Part shown: positions 49,966-59,391 of the stretch, piece after piece
Position numbering within the stretch: position 1 is the first letter of the stretch
Layout: every line of letters starts with the position of its first letter
Assembly: GCA_031441465.1 (NCBI GenBank)
Contig: JANOEP010000039.1
Location: 15,221 to 79,220, forward strand
DNA from: a bacterium
GTDB lineage: Bacteria > Krumholzibacteriota > Krumholzibacteriia > LZORAL124-64-63
Length of the DNA: 64,000 nt
Reading direction: 5' to 3'
Program-made: the position numbers and the translations under genes
The notes under the pieces: generated by a model
What the model was told of the DNA's origin: nothing
Databases searched by the model: none
The model's input: the letters and a program-made list of their open reading frames with translations, nothing else

Positions 49966-50997
49966 TCAGCAGATCCGCGGCAACTGCAACCCCAGCGGCA
50001 TGTCCACGATGCGCTCGATGCCCAACGCCGTGCGCACCGTGACCAGGCCAGGCTCTCCCGCGACGACCTCGCCGATCACGGCCGCGTAGCGGCCCAGGGG
50101 ATGGGCCCGCAGGGCGGCCAGCGCGGCCGCCACCTCGGCGGCCGGCACCACCGCCACCAGTTTCCCCTCGTTCGCCACATACATCGGATCGATGCCCAGG
50201 ATCTCGCAGGCGGCCTCCGTGTCGGATCGCACCGGCACGGCCCCGTCCTCGACGCGGATCCCGACACGCGAGGCGCGGGCGAACTCGTTCAGCGTGGTGG
50301 CCAGTCCGCCGCGGGTGGGATCGCGCAGCGCGCGCAGGCCCGGCGCCGCCGCCAGCAGGTCGGCGACCAGGCCGCCGAGGGCGGCGGTGTCGCTCGTGAT
50401 CGTCGAGCGGAAGCTCAGTCCCTCGCGCACCGACATCACGGCCATGCCGTGGTCGGCGATCGTGCCCGAGATCAGCACCGCGTCGCCGGGTCGCAGCGAG
50501 GCGGCCGACAGCGCCACGCCCTCGGGCACGACCCCGATCCCCGAGGTGTTGACGAACATCCCGTCGCAGCTGCCGCGGTCGACGACCTTGGTGTCGCCGG
50601 TCACGACGCTCACGCCGGCGGCGCGGGCCGCCCGCTCCATCGAGCCCAGGATCCGGTCCAGCAGCGCCAGCGGCAGTCCCTCTTCCAGCACCAGACCCAC
50701 GCTCAGGTACAGCGGGCGCGCCCCGCTCATGGCCACGTCGTTGACGGTGCCGTTGACGGCGAGGTCGCCGATGTCGCCGCCGGGGAATTCCAGCGGCGTG
50801 ACCACAAAGGTGTCGGTGGAGAAGGCGACGCGGCCGGGCGGCAGCGTGAAGACGGCCTGGTCCTCGAGCTTCGCGAGTAGTTCGTGGCGGAAGTGCGGCA
50901 GCACGTGCGCGTCGATCAGCTCGGCCGACATCCGGCCGCCGGCGCCGTGAGCGAGCTGCACGGTGTCGTGGCCGGTCAGCGGCGCCGGGCAGGCCAT
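49966..50997 (-). CDS. hypE: Hydrogenase maturation protein HypE (carbamoyl dehydratase).
   Basis: It has an AIR-synthase-like fold and the C-terminal ...LGLQLPRIC motif. Only the last 343 codons of ORF-track entry 49966..52077 are real. Confidence 0.9.
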   Translation of the reverse strand: MACPAPLTGHDTVQLAHGAGGRMSAELIDAHVLPHFRHELLAKLEDQAVFTLPPGRVAFSTDTFVVTPLEFPGGDIGDLAVNGTVNDVAMSGARPLYLSVGLVLEEGLPLALLDRILGSMERAARAAGVSVVTGDTKVVDRGSCDGMFVNTSGIGVVPEGVALSAASLRPGDAVLISGTIADHGMAVMSVREGLSFRSTITSDTAALGGLVADLLAAAPGLRALRDPTRGGLATTLNEFARASRVGIRVEDGAVPVRSDTEAACEILGIDPMYVANEGKLVAVVPAAEVAAALAALRAHPLGRYAAVIGEVVAGEPGLVTVRTALGIERIVDMPLGLQLPRIC

Positions 50998-51020
50998 CCG
51001 GTCGAATTCGGGGGCATCGC

Positions 51021-52112
51021 TCACGGGTTCCTCCGGTGGTACTTCCAGTAGGCGGCGCAGGCGCCCTCGCTCGAGACCATGGTGGCGCCCAGGGGCGTCG
51101 CGGGCGTGCAGGCCTTGCCGAAGGCGGCGCACTGGTCGGGCTTCTTCACGCCCTGCAGGATCTCGCCGCTGATGCACTCGCGCGGCTCTTGCGGTGCGAT
51201 GTCGCCCACGTCGAAGCGCCGCTCGGCGTCGAAGGCGGCGTAGGCGGCGCGCAGGCGCAGGCCGCTGCGCGGGATCGCGCCGATGCCGCGCCAGGGGCGG
51301 TCGCAGACCTCGAAAACCTCGTCCACCACGGCGCGCGCGGCGGGGTTGCCGTCGCGCTTCACGATGCGGGCGTAGCGGTTCTCGACGCCCGACTCGCCCC
51401 GCTCGAGCATCTCCACGCAGCAGAGGATCCCCTGCAGCAGGTCGACCGGTTCGAAGCCCGTCGGCACGATCGGCACGCCGAAGCGCGCGGCCAGCGGCTC
51501 GTACTCCCGCCAGCCCATCACGGCGCAGACGTGGCCCGCGGCCAGGAAACCCTGCACCCGGTTCGCGGGAGCGCCGAGGATGGCGGCCATCGCCGGGGGC
51601 ACCAGCACGTGGCTGACGAGTTCGCTGAAGTTGGCCAACCCCTCGCGCGCCGCCTGCCGGACGGCCAGGGCGTTGCCCGGGGCGGTCGTCTCGAAACCCA
51701 CGGCCAGGAACACGACCTCGCGGTCGGGATGGCGGCGGGCCAGCTGGAGCGCCTCGAGTGGGGAGTCGACGAAGCGCACGTCGCCGCCGCGCGACTTGAC
51801 CCGCAGCAGGTCGTCCCGCGAACCGGGCACGCGCAGCATGTCGCCGAAGGAGGTGAAGATCACGCCGGGGCGCGCGGCGATCGCCAGCGCGCGGTCGATC
51901 GTCTCGAGCGGCGTCACGCACACCGGGCAGCCCGGGCCGTGGACCAGGGTCAGCCCGGGCGGCAGCAGCTGGTCGAGGCCGTGGCGCAGGATGGCGTGCG
52001 TCTGGCCGCCGCAGATCTCCATGAGCGTCCAGGGCCGCGTCGCCGTCGCGGCGATGCGCTCCAGCAGGGTGCGGCACGGACCGGGGGCGCGGTACTCCTG
52101 CAGGAACTTCAC
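51021..52112 (-). CDS. hypD: Hydrogenase maturation protein HypD.
   Basis: The [16 protein letters not shown] and C-terminal [12 protein letters not shown] motifs are present. The GTG start overlaps the hypC stop (GTGA). Confidence 0.9.
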   Translation of the reverse strand: MKFLQEYRAPGPCRTLLERIAATATRPWTLMEICGGQTHAILRHGLDQLLPPGLTLVHGPGCPVCVTPLETIDRALAIAARPGVIFTSFGDMLRVPGSRDDLLRVKSRGGDVRFVDSPLEALQLARRHPDREVVFLAVGFETTAPGNALAVRQAAREGLANFSELVSHVLVPPAMAAILGAPANRVQGFLAAGHVCAVMGWREYEPLAARFGVPIVPTGFEPVDLLQGILCCVEMLERGESGVENRYARIVKRDGNPAARAVVDEVFEVCDRPWRGIGAIPRSGLRLRAAYAAFDAERRFDVGDIAPQEPRECISGEILQGVKKPDQCAAFGKACTPATPLGATMVSSEGACAAYWKYHRRNP

Positions 52113-52414
52113 GGGAGCTTGTCCGCGCCGTCGGTGTCGGCGTTGCCGGTGTTGCCGGCGTCGCCGTTCGGCAGGCTGTCGGCCTCGATCAGCGCGTTGA
52201 GGTCCGAGAGCGTGGCCAGGGAGGCCGCCGCCTCTTCCTCGTCGAGCACCTGCAGGGCGAACCCCGCGTGCACGATGACCCACGAGCCCTCGACGGCCTC
52301 GGGCGTGTAGGCCAGGCAGGCTGCGCCCACCACGCCGGCGTAGTCGATGCGGCCCATCGGTAGGCCGTTCTCCTGATAGATCTCGATTACCTGGCCGGGA
52401 ACGGCGAGGCACAT
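52109..52414 (-). CDS. hypC: Hydrogenase maturation chaperone HypC.
   Basis: The N-terminus [12 protein letters not shown] is diagnostic for HypC/HybG. GGAGG lies 6 nt before the ATG. Confidence 0.85.
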   Translation of the reverse strand: MCLAVPGQVIEIYQENGLPMGRIDYAGVVGAACLAYTPEAVEGSWVIVHAGFALQVLDEEEAAASLATLSDLNALIEADSLPNGDAGNTGNADTDGADKLP

Positions 52415-52488
52415 GGCGGTCCTCCCGGGTGTGGGATGTCGGGGCGAAGATAGACCACGGGGGCGGCCCCGTCCAACGCGGCGCGGGC

Positions 52489-54771
52489 TCACGCGAGCCC
52501 GGCCCGCGCGACGGCGGCCTGGCCGAAGGCCACCGCGCCGTCGTTGGGCGGCAGTTCCCGCGGCAGCAACGGCTGCAGCCCGGCTGCAGAGAGCAGCGGT
52601 GGCAACAGCGTGACCAGGATCTCGTTCTGGAAACTGCCGCCGCCCAGCGCGACCGTGCGCAGCCCGGTCGTCCGCGAGGCTCGTCGAGCCGCCTCGACCA
52701 GCAGTTCCAGCAGGGTGCGGTGGAAGCGCGCGCTGATCTCGGCCGCGCCCGCCCCGGCCAGCACGGCCGCGACGACGCCCCGGATGATCGGCGCGCAGGG
52801 CAGCTGCAGTCCACCATCGTGGTCGTCGATCTCCCAGGCGAAGGGCCGGGCCGCCTCGACGGCGGCGCAATTCGTCAGGGCCGTCAGCTCGATCGCGGCC
52901 TGCCCTTCGTAGCGCGCCTCGTCCCAGCCGCCGGTCAGCGCCGCCACGGCGTCGAACAGCCGGCCGCAGCTGCTGGTCGACGGCGCGTTGATCCTGCGGT
53001 CGATCATCTGCAGCACGACCCCGACGTCCTTGCCCGCGAGGAAGGGCAGCGCTGGCAGCTCGTCGCCGTAGGCCGCGCGCAGGTGGCTCAAGGCGGTGCG
53101 CCAGGGGTGGCGGATCGCGGCGTCGCCGCCGGGCAGCGGCACGCACGACAGGTGGCCCACGCGGGTGAAGGCGGACGCGTTCCCGGCGAGGATCTCGCCG
53201 CCCCAGATCGTGCCGTCCGTGCCGTAGCCGGTGCCGTCGAGGATCAAGCCGAGAGCCGGTTCCTGGTGCCGGTGCTCGGCCAGGACGGCGGCCAGGTGGG
53301 CGTGGTGGTGCTGCACCGGAACCAGGCGCTTGCCGGCGCCGCGGGCCTGTTCCCGCGCCCACTGCGTGCTGAGGTAGCCGGGGTGCAGGTCGTGGGCGAT
53401 CGTTTCCGGCTCGCACTCCAGCAGTTCCTGCAGCGTGCGGATCGATTCCTTGAAGTAGCCGTAGGCCGCCAGGTTCTGCAGGTCGCCGACGTGGGGCGAC
53501 AGGAAGGCGCGGCTTTCCTTCAGCAGGCAGACGGTGTTCTTCAGTTCGGGGCCGACCGCGAGGACGGGTTCACCGCGCCCGCCCAGCGACACCGGCAGGG
53601 GCGCGTAGCCGCGGCTGCGGCGGTGCAGGAGCGGGCGGCCCGCCATGACCTGGGCCACCGAATCGTCCGCGCGGCGCAGGATGCCGCGGTCGTGGAGCAG
53701 CCAGGCGTCGGCGATGCCCCGCAGGCGCGCGCGGGCCTCGTCGTCGTCGAGGCAGATGGGCTCGTCGCCGGCGTTGCCCGAGGTCATCACCAGCGCGGTC
53801 ACGCCGCAGGCACACGCTTCTTCCAGCAGCAGCAGGTGCAGCGGCGTGTAGGCGAGCATCACGCCGAGCCGGCGGTGGCCGGGCGCGACGGCGGCGGCGA
53901 TCGCGGCGTCCGCGCGGCGCTCCAGCAGGACGATCGGCGCCTGGGGCGAGTTCAGCAGCGCGGCTTCGTCGTCGCCGACGAGAGCCAGCGCCCGCGCCGC
54001 GTCGAGATCGGCGACCATCAACGCCAACGGCTTCGCCTCGCGGCCCTTGCGCGCGCGCAGCCGCAGCACGGCCGCCTCGTCGTCGGCGCGCACGGCCAGA
54101 TGGAAGCCGCCGAGGCCCTTGACCGCGAGGATGCGGCCGGCGGCCAGCAGGCGCGCGGCTTCGCACAGCGGGTCGGCGCCGGGATCGACGCCATCGCCTG
54201 CCAACTCCAGGCGGGGCCCGCAGGCGGGGCAGGCGTTGGGCTGGGCGTGGAAGCGCCGGTCGCGCGGGTCGTGGTACTCGCGCGCGCAGTCGGGGCACAT
54301 CGTGAACGGCGCCATGCTGGTGAAGGGGCGGTCGTAGGGGATGCGCCCGATGATCGTCCAGCGCGGGCCGCAGTTGGTGCAGTTGGTGAAGGCGTAGCGA
54401 TGGCGGCGGTCTCGGGGGTCGCGGATCTCGCGGCGGCAGTCGGCGCAGACGGCGCTGTCGGCCGGCACGCAGGTCGAGGTGCCCGGCGAGTCGCGGCTCG
54501 GCAGGATGGCGAAGCCGACAACGCCGGTGGGGGCGATCGGCTCGACGGCGACCGACTCGATGCGGGACAGGGGCGGCGCTTCGGCCGCGAGCAGACGCCG
54601 GAAGGTCGCGACGTCGTCGCTGTCGCCCTCGATCTCGAGGAGCACGCCCTCGCTGTCGTTGGCGACGTGCCCGGCGAGCCCGAGCCTCTCGGCCAGGTTG
54701 AAGACGAAGGGGCGGAAACCGACTCCCTGGACGACGCCGTCGACGCGAAGCCGGTGCCGCAGCGGCGTCAT
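52489..54771 (-). CDS. hypF: Carbamoyltransferase HypF.
   Basis: It has an acylphosphatase domain ([10 protein letters not shown]), two CxxC-x18-CxxC zinc fingers, a YrdC domain and a Kae1-like domain. Confidence 0.9.
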   Translation of the reverse strand: MTPLRHRLRVDGVVQGVGFRPFVFNLAERLGLAGHVANDSEGVLLEIEGDSDDVATFRRLLAAEAPPLSRIESVAVEPIAPTGVVGFAILPSRDSPGTSTCVPADSAVCADCRREIRDPRDRRHRYAFTNCTNCGPRWTIIGRIPYDRPFTSMAPFTMCPDCAREYHDPRDRRFHAQPNACPACGPRLELAGDGVDPGADPLCEAARLLAAGRILAVKGLGGFHLAVRADDEAAVLRLRARKGREAKPLALMVADLDAARALALVGDDEAALLNSPQAPIVLLERRADAAIAAAVAPGHRRLGVMLAYTPLHLLLLEEACACGVTALVMTSGNAGDEPICLDDDEARARLRGIADAWLLHDRGILRRADDSVAQVMAGRPLLHRRSRGYAPLPVSLGGRGEPVLAVGPELKNTVCLLKESRAFLSPHVGDLQNLAAYGYFKESIRTLQELLECEPETIAHDLHPGYLSTQWAREQARGAGKRLVPVQHHHAHLAAVLAEHRHQEPALGLILDGTGYGTDGTIWGGEILAGNASAFTRVGHLSCVPLPGGDAAIRHPWRTALSHLRAAYGDELPALPFLAGKDVGVVLQMIDRRINAPSTSSCGRLFDAVAALTGGWDEARYEGQAAIELTALTNCAAVEAARPFAWEIDDHDGGLQLPCAPIIRGVVAAVLAGAGAAEISARFHRTLLELLVEAARRASRTTGLRTVALGGGSFQNEILVTLLPPLLSAAGLQPLLPRELPPNDGAVAFGQAAVARAGLA

Positions 54772-54772
54772 T

Positions 54773-55564
54773 TCAGCGGGCCGCCGCGGCGCGGCGCGCC
54801 CGCAGCCACCCGTACCAGCCCTCGAGCCCCTCGCCGCGGGTCGCCGACAGCTCCACGAAGGCCAGCGCCGGGTTCACGCGCCGCGCGGCGGCCTTGCAGG
54901 CCTCGACGTCGAAGTCGACGTGGGGCAGCAGGTCGGTCTTGTTGATCACGCACAGCTGCGCCGCGGCGAACATCGTGGGGTACTTCTGCGGTTTGTCGTC
55001 GCCCTCGGTCACCGAGATGATCACGACCTTGGCGTGCTCGCCCAGATCGAACAGGGCGGGGCAGACCAGGTTGCCCACGTTCTCGATCATCAGCACGCCG
55101 CCCGCCGGCACCTCCAGGTCGGTCAGCGCGCGGCGGATCATCTCGGCGTCCAGGTGGCAGCCGAAGCCGGTGTTGATCTGCACGACCGGAGCGCCGGCGG
55201 CCGCGATGCGCTCGGCGTCGTTGAGGGTCTGCTGGTCGCCCTCGATCACCGCCAGCGGCATCTCGCCCCGGAGGTCGCGGATCGTGCGCTCGAGCAGCGA
55301 AGTCTTGCCGGACCCGGGCGACGAGACGAGGTTCAGCGCCAGCACGCCGCGGCCTTCGAACCAGCCCCGGTTGCGCTCGGCCACCAGGTCGTTGCGCCGC
55401 AGGATGTCCTGCTCCACGGACAGCCGGCGGCCGCCGCCGTGATCGTGATCATGATGATGGTCGTGAGGATGATCATGGGGATGATCATGGGGATGATCGT
55501 GCTCGCCGGGTTTGCGGTAGGTCACCGCGTCGGGGGGCTGGTTGCAGCCGCACGTGTCGCACAT
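54773..55564 (-). CDS. hypB: Hydrogenase nickel-incorporation GTPase HypB.
   Basis: It has the N-terminal MCDTCGC, a His-rich stretch (HDHPHDHPHDHPHDHHHDHDH), a P-loop GSGKTS, and the ENVGNLVCP motif. Confidence 0.9.
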   Translation of the reverse strand: MCDTCGCNQPPDAVTYRKPGEHDHPHDHPHDHPHDHHHDHDHGGGRRLSVEQDILRRNDLVAERNRGWFEGRGVLALNLVSSPGSGKTSLLERTIRDLRGEMPLAVIEGDQQTLNDAERIAAAGAPVVQINTGFGCHLDAEMIRRALTDLEVPAGGVLMIENVGNLVCPALFDLGEHAKVVIISVTEGDDKPQKYPTMFAAAQLCVINKTDLLPHVDFDVEACKAAARRVNPALAFVELSATRGEGLEGWYGWLRARRAAAAR

Positions 55565-55587
55565 GACGCCCTCCCGGGGCCTGGTGT

Positions 55588-55926
55588 TCAGTCGATGTCG
55601 AGGCAGGCGACGCGCAGCTCGCGTCCGCCCACGACCGCCAGGCACCCGCCGCAGGCGGGGCACAGGGCCGCATAGAAGTCGATCTCGGTTTCGGCGCCGC
55701 AGGCCGGGCAGAGGCCGCGGCCGGGGATCTCGCGGACGACCAGTTCGGCGCCGGCGGCCAACGTCCCGAGGCGGGCCGTCTCGAAGCAGAACACCAACGC
55801 GGACACTTCGACGCCGGCTAGGCGCCCGATCTCCACCGTGACGGTGTTGATGCGCGCGGCGCCCGCCTCGCGGGCCCGTTCCTCGGCGATCTCGAGGATG
55901 CCGGCGACCAGGGTCATCTCGTGCAT
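55588..55926 (-). CDS. hypA: Hydrogenase nickel-insertion protein HypA.
   Basis: It has the N-terminal MHEMTL (the Ni site) and a CPACG...CPACG zinc ribbon. Confidence 0.85.
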   Translation of the reverse strand: MHEMTLVAGILEIAEERAREAGAARINTVTVEIGRLAGVEVSALVFCFETARLGTLAAGAELVVREIPGRGLCPACGAETEIDFYAALCPACGGCLAVVGGRELRVACLDID

Positions 55927-56038
55927 GCCGCCTCCCGGATCCCAATATAACACTTGGGGTTGGGACCACAAGCCGACCTTGCGGCCGGAGGTTCCCCGTT
56001 GCACCTTGGAGGGGCCGCACACCCACAGGAGGGGTCCC

Positions 56039-57370
56039 ATGAACCAGCCCGCCTCACCGCCGCCCGTGATGTCCGCCCAGTTCGCCGGCCGCCAGCCCTC
56101 GGTCATCCGCATGGCCCAGATCCGCTTCGACGAGCGCCGCGACGGGACCGAGGCGATCAATGTGGCGATCGGCAACGTCTCGCTGCCGATGTACCCGGCC
56201 ATGCAGGAACGCATGAAGCACCTCGACGCGCCTCGGAGCCCGTTCCGCGACGGCGTCGTGAAGTACTCGGCGACTGCCGGGACCCAGGAGTGCGTCGACG
56301 CCTTCATGAACGTGATCGCCAGCAGCGGTTTCGACACCGCAGGCCTGCACGCCCACATCACCGAGGGCGGCACCCAGGCGATGGAGTTGCTGGTCGTGGG
56401 CGTCTGCGGCCCCGCCGGCACGGACGAGGCCCCGCTGCTCCTGATCGACGCCGCCTACACCAACTACAAGACGCTCTGCGAGCGGCTCGGCCGCGCCACC
56501 TGCTCGGTGCAGCGCCGGCTCGGCGATGACGGCAAGTTCAGCCTGCCCGATCCCGCGCGCCTGGAACAGGTCATCCGGGAGAAGAAGCCCCGCGCGATGG
56601 TCGTGATCCCCTACGACAACCCGACCGGCCAGTACTACGACCACGAGGCGCTGGTGGCGCTGGCCCGCCTCGCGGTGAAGCACAACCTGTGGCTGGTGAG
56701 CGACGAGGCCTACCGAGAGCTGTACTACACCGGCGGCCGCTGTGCGAGCCTCTGGGGCGTGACCGAGGCCGAAGCGCCCGGCATCACCGGCCGCCGCATC
56801 GGCATCGAGACCACCTCGAAGGTCTGGAACGCCTGCGGCCTGCGCATCGGCGCCCTGGTCACCGACAACGAGCAGTTCCACCGCAAGGCCATCGCCGAGC
56901 ACACCGTCAGCCTCTGCAGCAGCGTGATCGGCCAGTACATCTTCGGCGCGGTGGCCCACGAGGACCACGCGACGCTGCGCGCCTGGTACGACCGCCAGCG
57001 CGAGTACTACCGCGGCATGCTCTTCGACTTCACGTCGCGGATGCGCGCCGCCCTGCCCGGCGTGATCGTGTCGAGCCCCGACGCCGCCATCTACTCGGTG
57101 CTGGACGTGCGCAACATCGTGGCCGACGGTTTCGACGCCCTGGACTTCGTCCTGTGGTGCGCTTCCGAAGGCCAGGTCGTCGCCGGCGGGAAGGCGCTCA
57201 CCGTGCTGACCGCCCCGATGGCCGGTTTCTACAGCGTGCCCGAGGGCGTCCCCAACCCCGGCCGCACCCAGATGCGCGTGGCCTACGTCGAGACGCCCGA
57301 GCGCATGGCGATGATCCCGGAGCTGTTCGCGGACCTGCTGCGGCAGTACGAGAGGAAGCGGGCGGGCTGA
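56039..57370 (+). CDS. PLP-dependent aminotransferase (class I/II fold).
   Basis: It has the aminotransferase fold pattern and a conserved Lys region (TSKVWNACGLRIG). The ATG is preceded by AGGAGGGG. Confidence 0.75.
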   Translation: MNQPASPPPVMSAQFAGRQPSVIRMAQIRFDERRDGTEAINVAIGNVSLPMYPAMQERMKHLDAPRSPFRDGVVKYSATAGTQECVDAFMNVIASSGFDTAGLHAHITEGGTQAMELLVVGVCGPAGTDEAPLLLIDAAYTNYKTLCERLGRATCSVQRRLGDDGKFSLPDPARLEQVIREKKPRAMVVIPYDNPTGQYYDHEALVALARLAVKHNLWLVSDEAYRELYYTGGRCASLWGVTEAEAPGITGRRIGIETTSKVWNACGLRIGALVTDNEQFHRKAIAEHTVSLCSSVIGQYIFGAVAHEDHATLRAWYDRQREYYRGMLFDFTSRMRAALPGVIVSSPDAAIYSVLDVRNIVADGFDALDFVLWCASEGQVVAGGKALTVLTAPMAGFYSVPEGVPNPGRTQMRVAYVETPERMAMIPELFADLLRQYERKRAG

Positions 57371-57398
57371 GGCGCGGCCCGCCGGCCGGATCGCACGG

Positions 57399-57428
57399 GA
57401 AAGGGAGCCGCCGCCGGCTCCCTTTCTG
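57399..57428. terminator. Bidirectional intrinsic terminator.
   Basis: aaaGGGAGCCG-ccgc-CGGCTCCCtttctg is a hairpin flanked by an A-tract and a T-tract, between convergent genes. Confidence 0.55.
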
Positions 57429-57446
57429 CGTCCCGGCACGGGAATC

Positions 57447-57890
57447 TCAGCGGTACAGGGCTTTCACGGCTCCCCAGGATCCGCTCTCGTAGGGCACGAT
57501 CTCCAGCATCTGGTAGTCGCAGTGCAGGATGTTGCCGGGGTCGATCGAGTTGCCGTTCAGTTCGACGCGGTACCAACCGATCGGGTCGGGGATGGCGTCC
57601 TCCGCGGGGTCGTACGCGAAGGCGATCGTCTGCCCGACATTCAGCTCCCACATCTCGGGCAGCCCCACACAGCCGTACACGCACTCCATGGTGCCGAGAT
57701 GGTAGATGAAACAGGCGGGGAAGGAATTGAAGGAGGCCTGGTTCGGGCCCGCGTTGTGGATGGTGATCGGCACGATGTCGCCCTGGGAATACTGCGTCGC
57801 ATCCGTGACGACGCTCAGCTGGGCGACGGCCGATGCGGCCGTCATGCACAAGACTGCCAAGACGATCAGGATGCGAATCGTTCTGCTCAT
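57447..57890 (-). CDS. Small secreted Cys-containing hypothetical protein with a C-terminal GSWGAVKALYR motif.
   Basis: It has a signal peptide (MSRTIRILIVLAVLCMTAASAVA). The mature part is about 124 aa. The GC content is lower than in the flanks. The C-terminus ends ...VPYESGSWGAVKALYR. Confidence 0.5.
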   Translation of the reverse strand: MSRTIRILIVLAVLCMTAASAVAQLSVVTDATQYSQGDIVPITIHNAGPNQASFNSFPACFIYHLGTMECVYGCVGLPEMWELNVGQTIAFAYDPAEDAIPDPIGWYRVELNGNSIDPGNILHCDYQMLEIVPYESGSWGAVKALYR

Positions 57891-58038
57891 CGCTCATCCC
57901 TCCCTGCGCGTTCCCGGAACGCGATGCGTGCGGACATTGGCGGGGAGAAGCAACGTCTTGATGATACGGTATTTCGGCGTCACCGACAATCGGCATTCAG
58001 GTTGCTGGTGGCGGGCAAGTCCTTGCCGAGCCTCATCG

Positions 58039-58563
58039 TCATTTGAGCGGCCGGCAGCCGCCCTCCACGTACGGCACATACCGCTTCAGCAGGAAATGCT
58101 GCCAGGTCTGCTCCACCACGGCGGGCCAGCCCTCAAGGACCTCGCCGGCGGCGTGGACCTCGACCCGCACCAGCGTGCGCCCCTCGCCGGCGTCGGCGAA
58201 GGTCCAGGTCGTGACCATGTGGATGGCGTGTCCGGTCAGGCCCAGCGGTCCCTCGTAGCGCAGGATCTCGCCGCGGCGCGCGTAAGTCACGACGGCGTGG
58301 CGGATGCCGTCGCCCTGCTCGTCGAAGACCTCGAGGAAACCGCCGCCGGGCTTCGGTTCGACGACCAGGCGCACGGGGTGGTCGGACATGGTGTGGTCCC
58401 ACCAGCCGGAGATGTCGCCGGTGGCGGCGTCGAAGGCCGCGGCCGGCGTCCCGGTCACCGTCGCCTCGACCGTGAAGGCGAACGAGCCGGTCGGCGGCGC
58501 CTCGGCGCGGGCGGACGCGGCGAGCAGCAGCGCGCAGCAGGCGAGGGTCGGGAAACATCGCAT
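58039..58563 (-). CDS. Secreted SRPBCC (AHSA1/polyketide cyclase-like) family protein.
   Basis: It has a signal peptide (MRCFPTLACCALLLAASARA). GGAGG lies before the ATG at 58563. The fold-family assignment is weak. Confidence 0.5.
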   Translation of the reverse strand: MRCFPTLACCALLLAASARAEAPPTGSFAFTVEATVTGTPAAAFDAATGDISGWWDHTMSDHPVRLVVEPKPGGGFLEVFDEQGDGIRHAVVTYARRGEILRYEGPLGLTGHAIHMVTTWTFADAGEGRTLVRVEVHAAGEVLEGWPAVVEQTWQHFLLKRYVPYVEGGCRPLK

Positions 58564-58583
58564 GGAGGCACCTCCGGTGTTGA

Positions 58584-59387
58584 TCATTCGAGGACCGACA
58601 CGGGATCGCCCGGGCGCAGGTCCCCCTCGCGCACCACGCGCGCGAACACGCCGAACATGACGCCGCCGCTGCATGTGCGGTAGTCGGTCAGCGTGCGCAA
58701 CGGTTCCGGTCCGATCTCCCCGGTCAGCGGGTCGACCGTCGTGTTGGGGCAGCGCGGGCACGGGCGCAGGATCTCGAATTCGGCGCCGCCCGCACGCAGC
58801 CGACGCCACCCGTCCTCGGCGTAGGGTTCGCCGCCGCGGATCACCAGATTGGCCCGGAAGCGGTCCATGCCGACGCCGGCTTCGCCGCGCGCGGCGAGAC
58901 GGCGGTTCAGGTCGGCGAGCGAGGCCTCGCAGCAGATCAGGTAGGGGGCCGATCCCGCCAGACCGTCGCTGAGCGTGGGGTCGTCGTCGGCGGAACCGGC
59001 GGCGGTTTCCACCAGGTGCGCGAGCCAGACCGTCTCGCCCAGCAGGTCGCTGAAGTAGCGGTTGGCCTCGGGCGCGGCGACCCTGGCCGCGAGCGTGCGG
59101 CGCTTGACGGTGACCGGCAGGGGGGACGCGCTCGCGGGCGGCGGGTCGACGCGCAATATCGGGCCGTCGGTTCCCGAAACGGTGAGGACGTCGCCGTCGA
59201 GGCCGATCGCCACGGTGGCGAGCCGGGGATGGGATTTGAGCATGACGGGTTCGCCCGACTGCGCGACCAGCAGCCACCGGCGGTCGCGGCGCAGGCCGCG
59301 GGCCAGCGCCGCGGCCTCTGTCAGGGGCACCGCGCGCGCGGCTTTGAGGGGGTAGGCGAAGAGGCTGCCGACGAGGAGGTCGCTCAC
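58584..59387 (-). CDS. MOSC-domain protein (MOSC N-terminal beta-barrel plus MOSC).
   Basis: It has the conserved C-terminal Cys region (RPCPRCPNTTVDPLTGE) and R/G motifs of MOSC. Confidence 0.7.
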   Translation of the reverse strand: MSDLLVGSLFAYPLKAARAVPLTEAAALARGLRRDRRWLLVAQSGEPVMLKSHPRLATVAIGLDGDVLTVSGTDGPILRVDPPPASASPLPVTVKRRTLAARVAAPEANRYFSDLLGETVWLAHLVETAAGSADDDPTLSDGLAGSAPYLICCEASLADLNRRLAARGEAGVGMDRFRANLVIRGGEPYAEDGWRRLRAGGAEFEILRPCPRCPNTTVDPLTGEIGPEPLRTLTDYRTCSGGVMFGVFARVVREGDLRPGDPVSVLE

Positions 59388-59391
59388 ATCG

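Noticed and set aside
49966-52077. A 703-aa minus-strand ORF.
   Set aside because: It is a fusion artefact. The last 343 codons are HypE. The N-terminal 360 codons are an out-of-frame overlap of hypD, which is correctly read in ORF 51021..52817 from GTG 52112.
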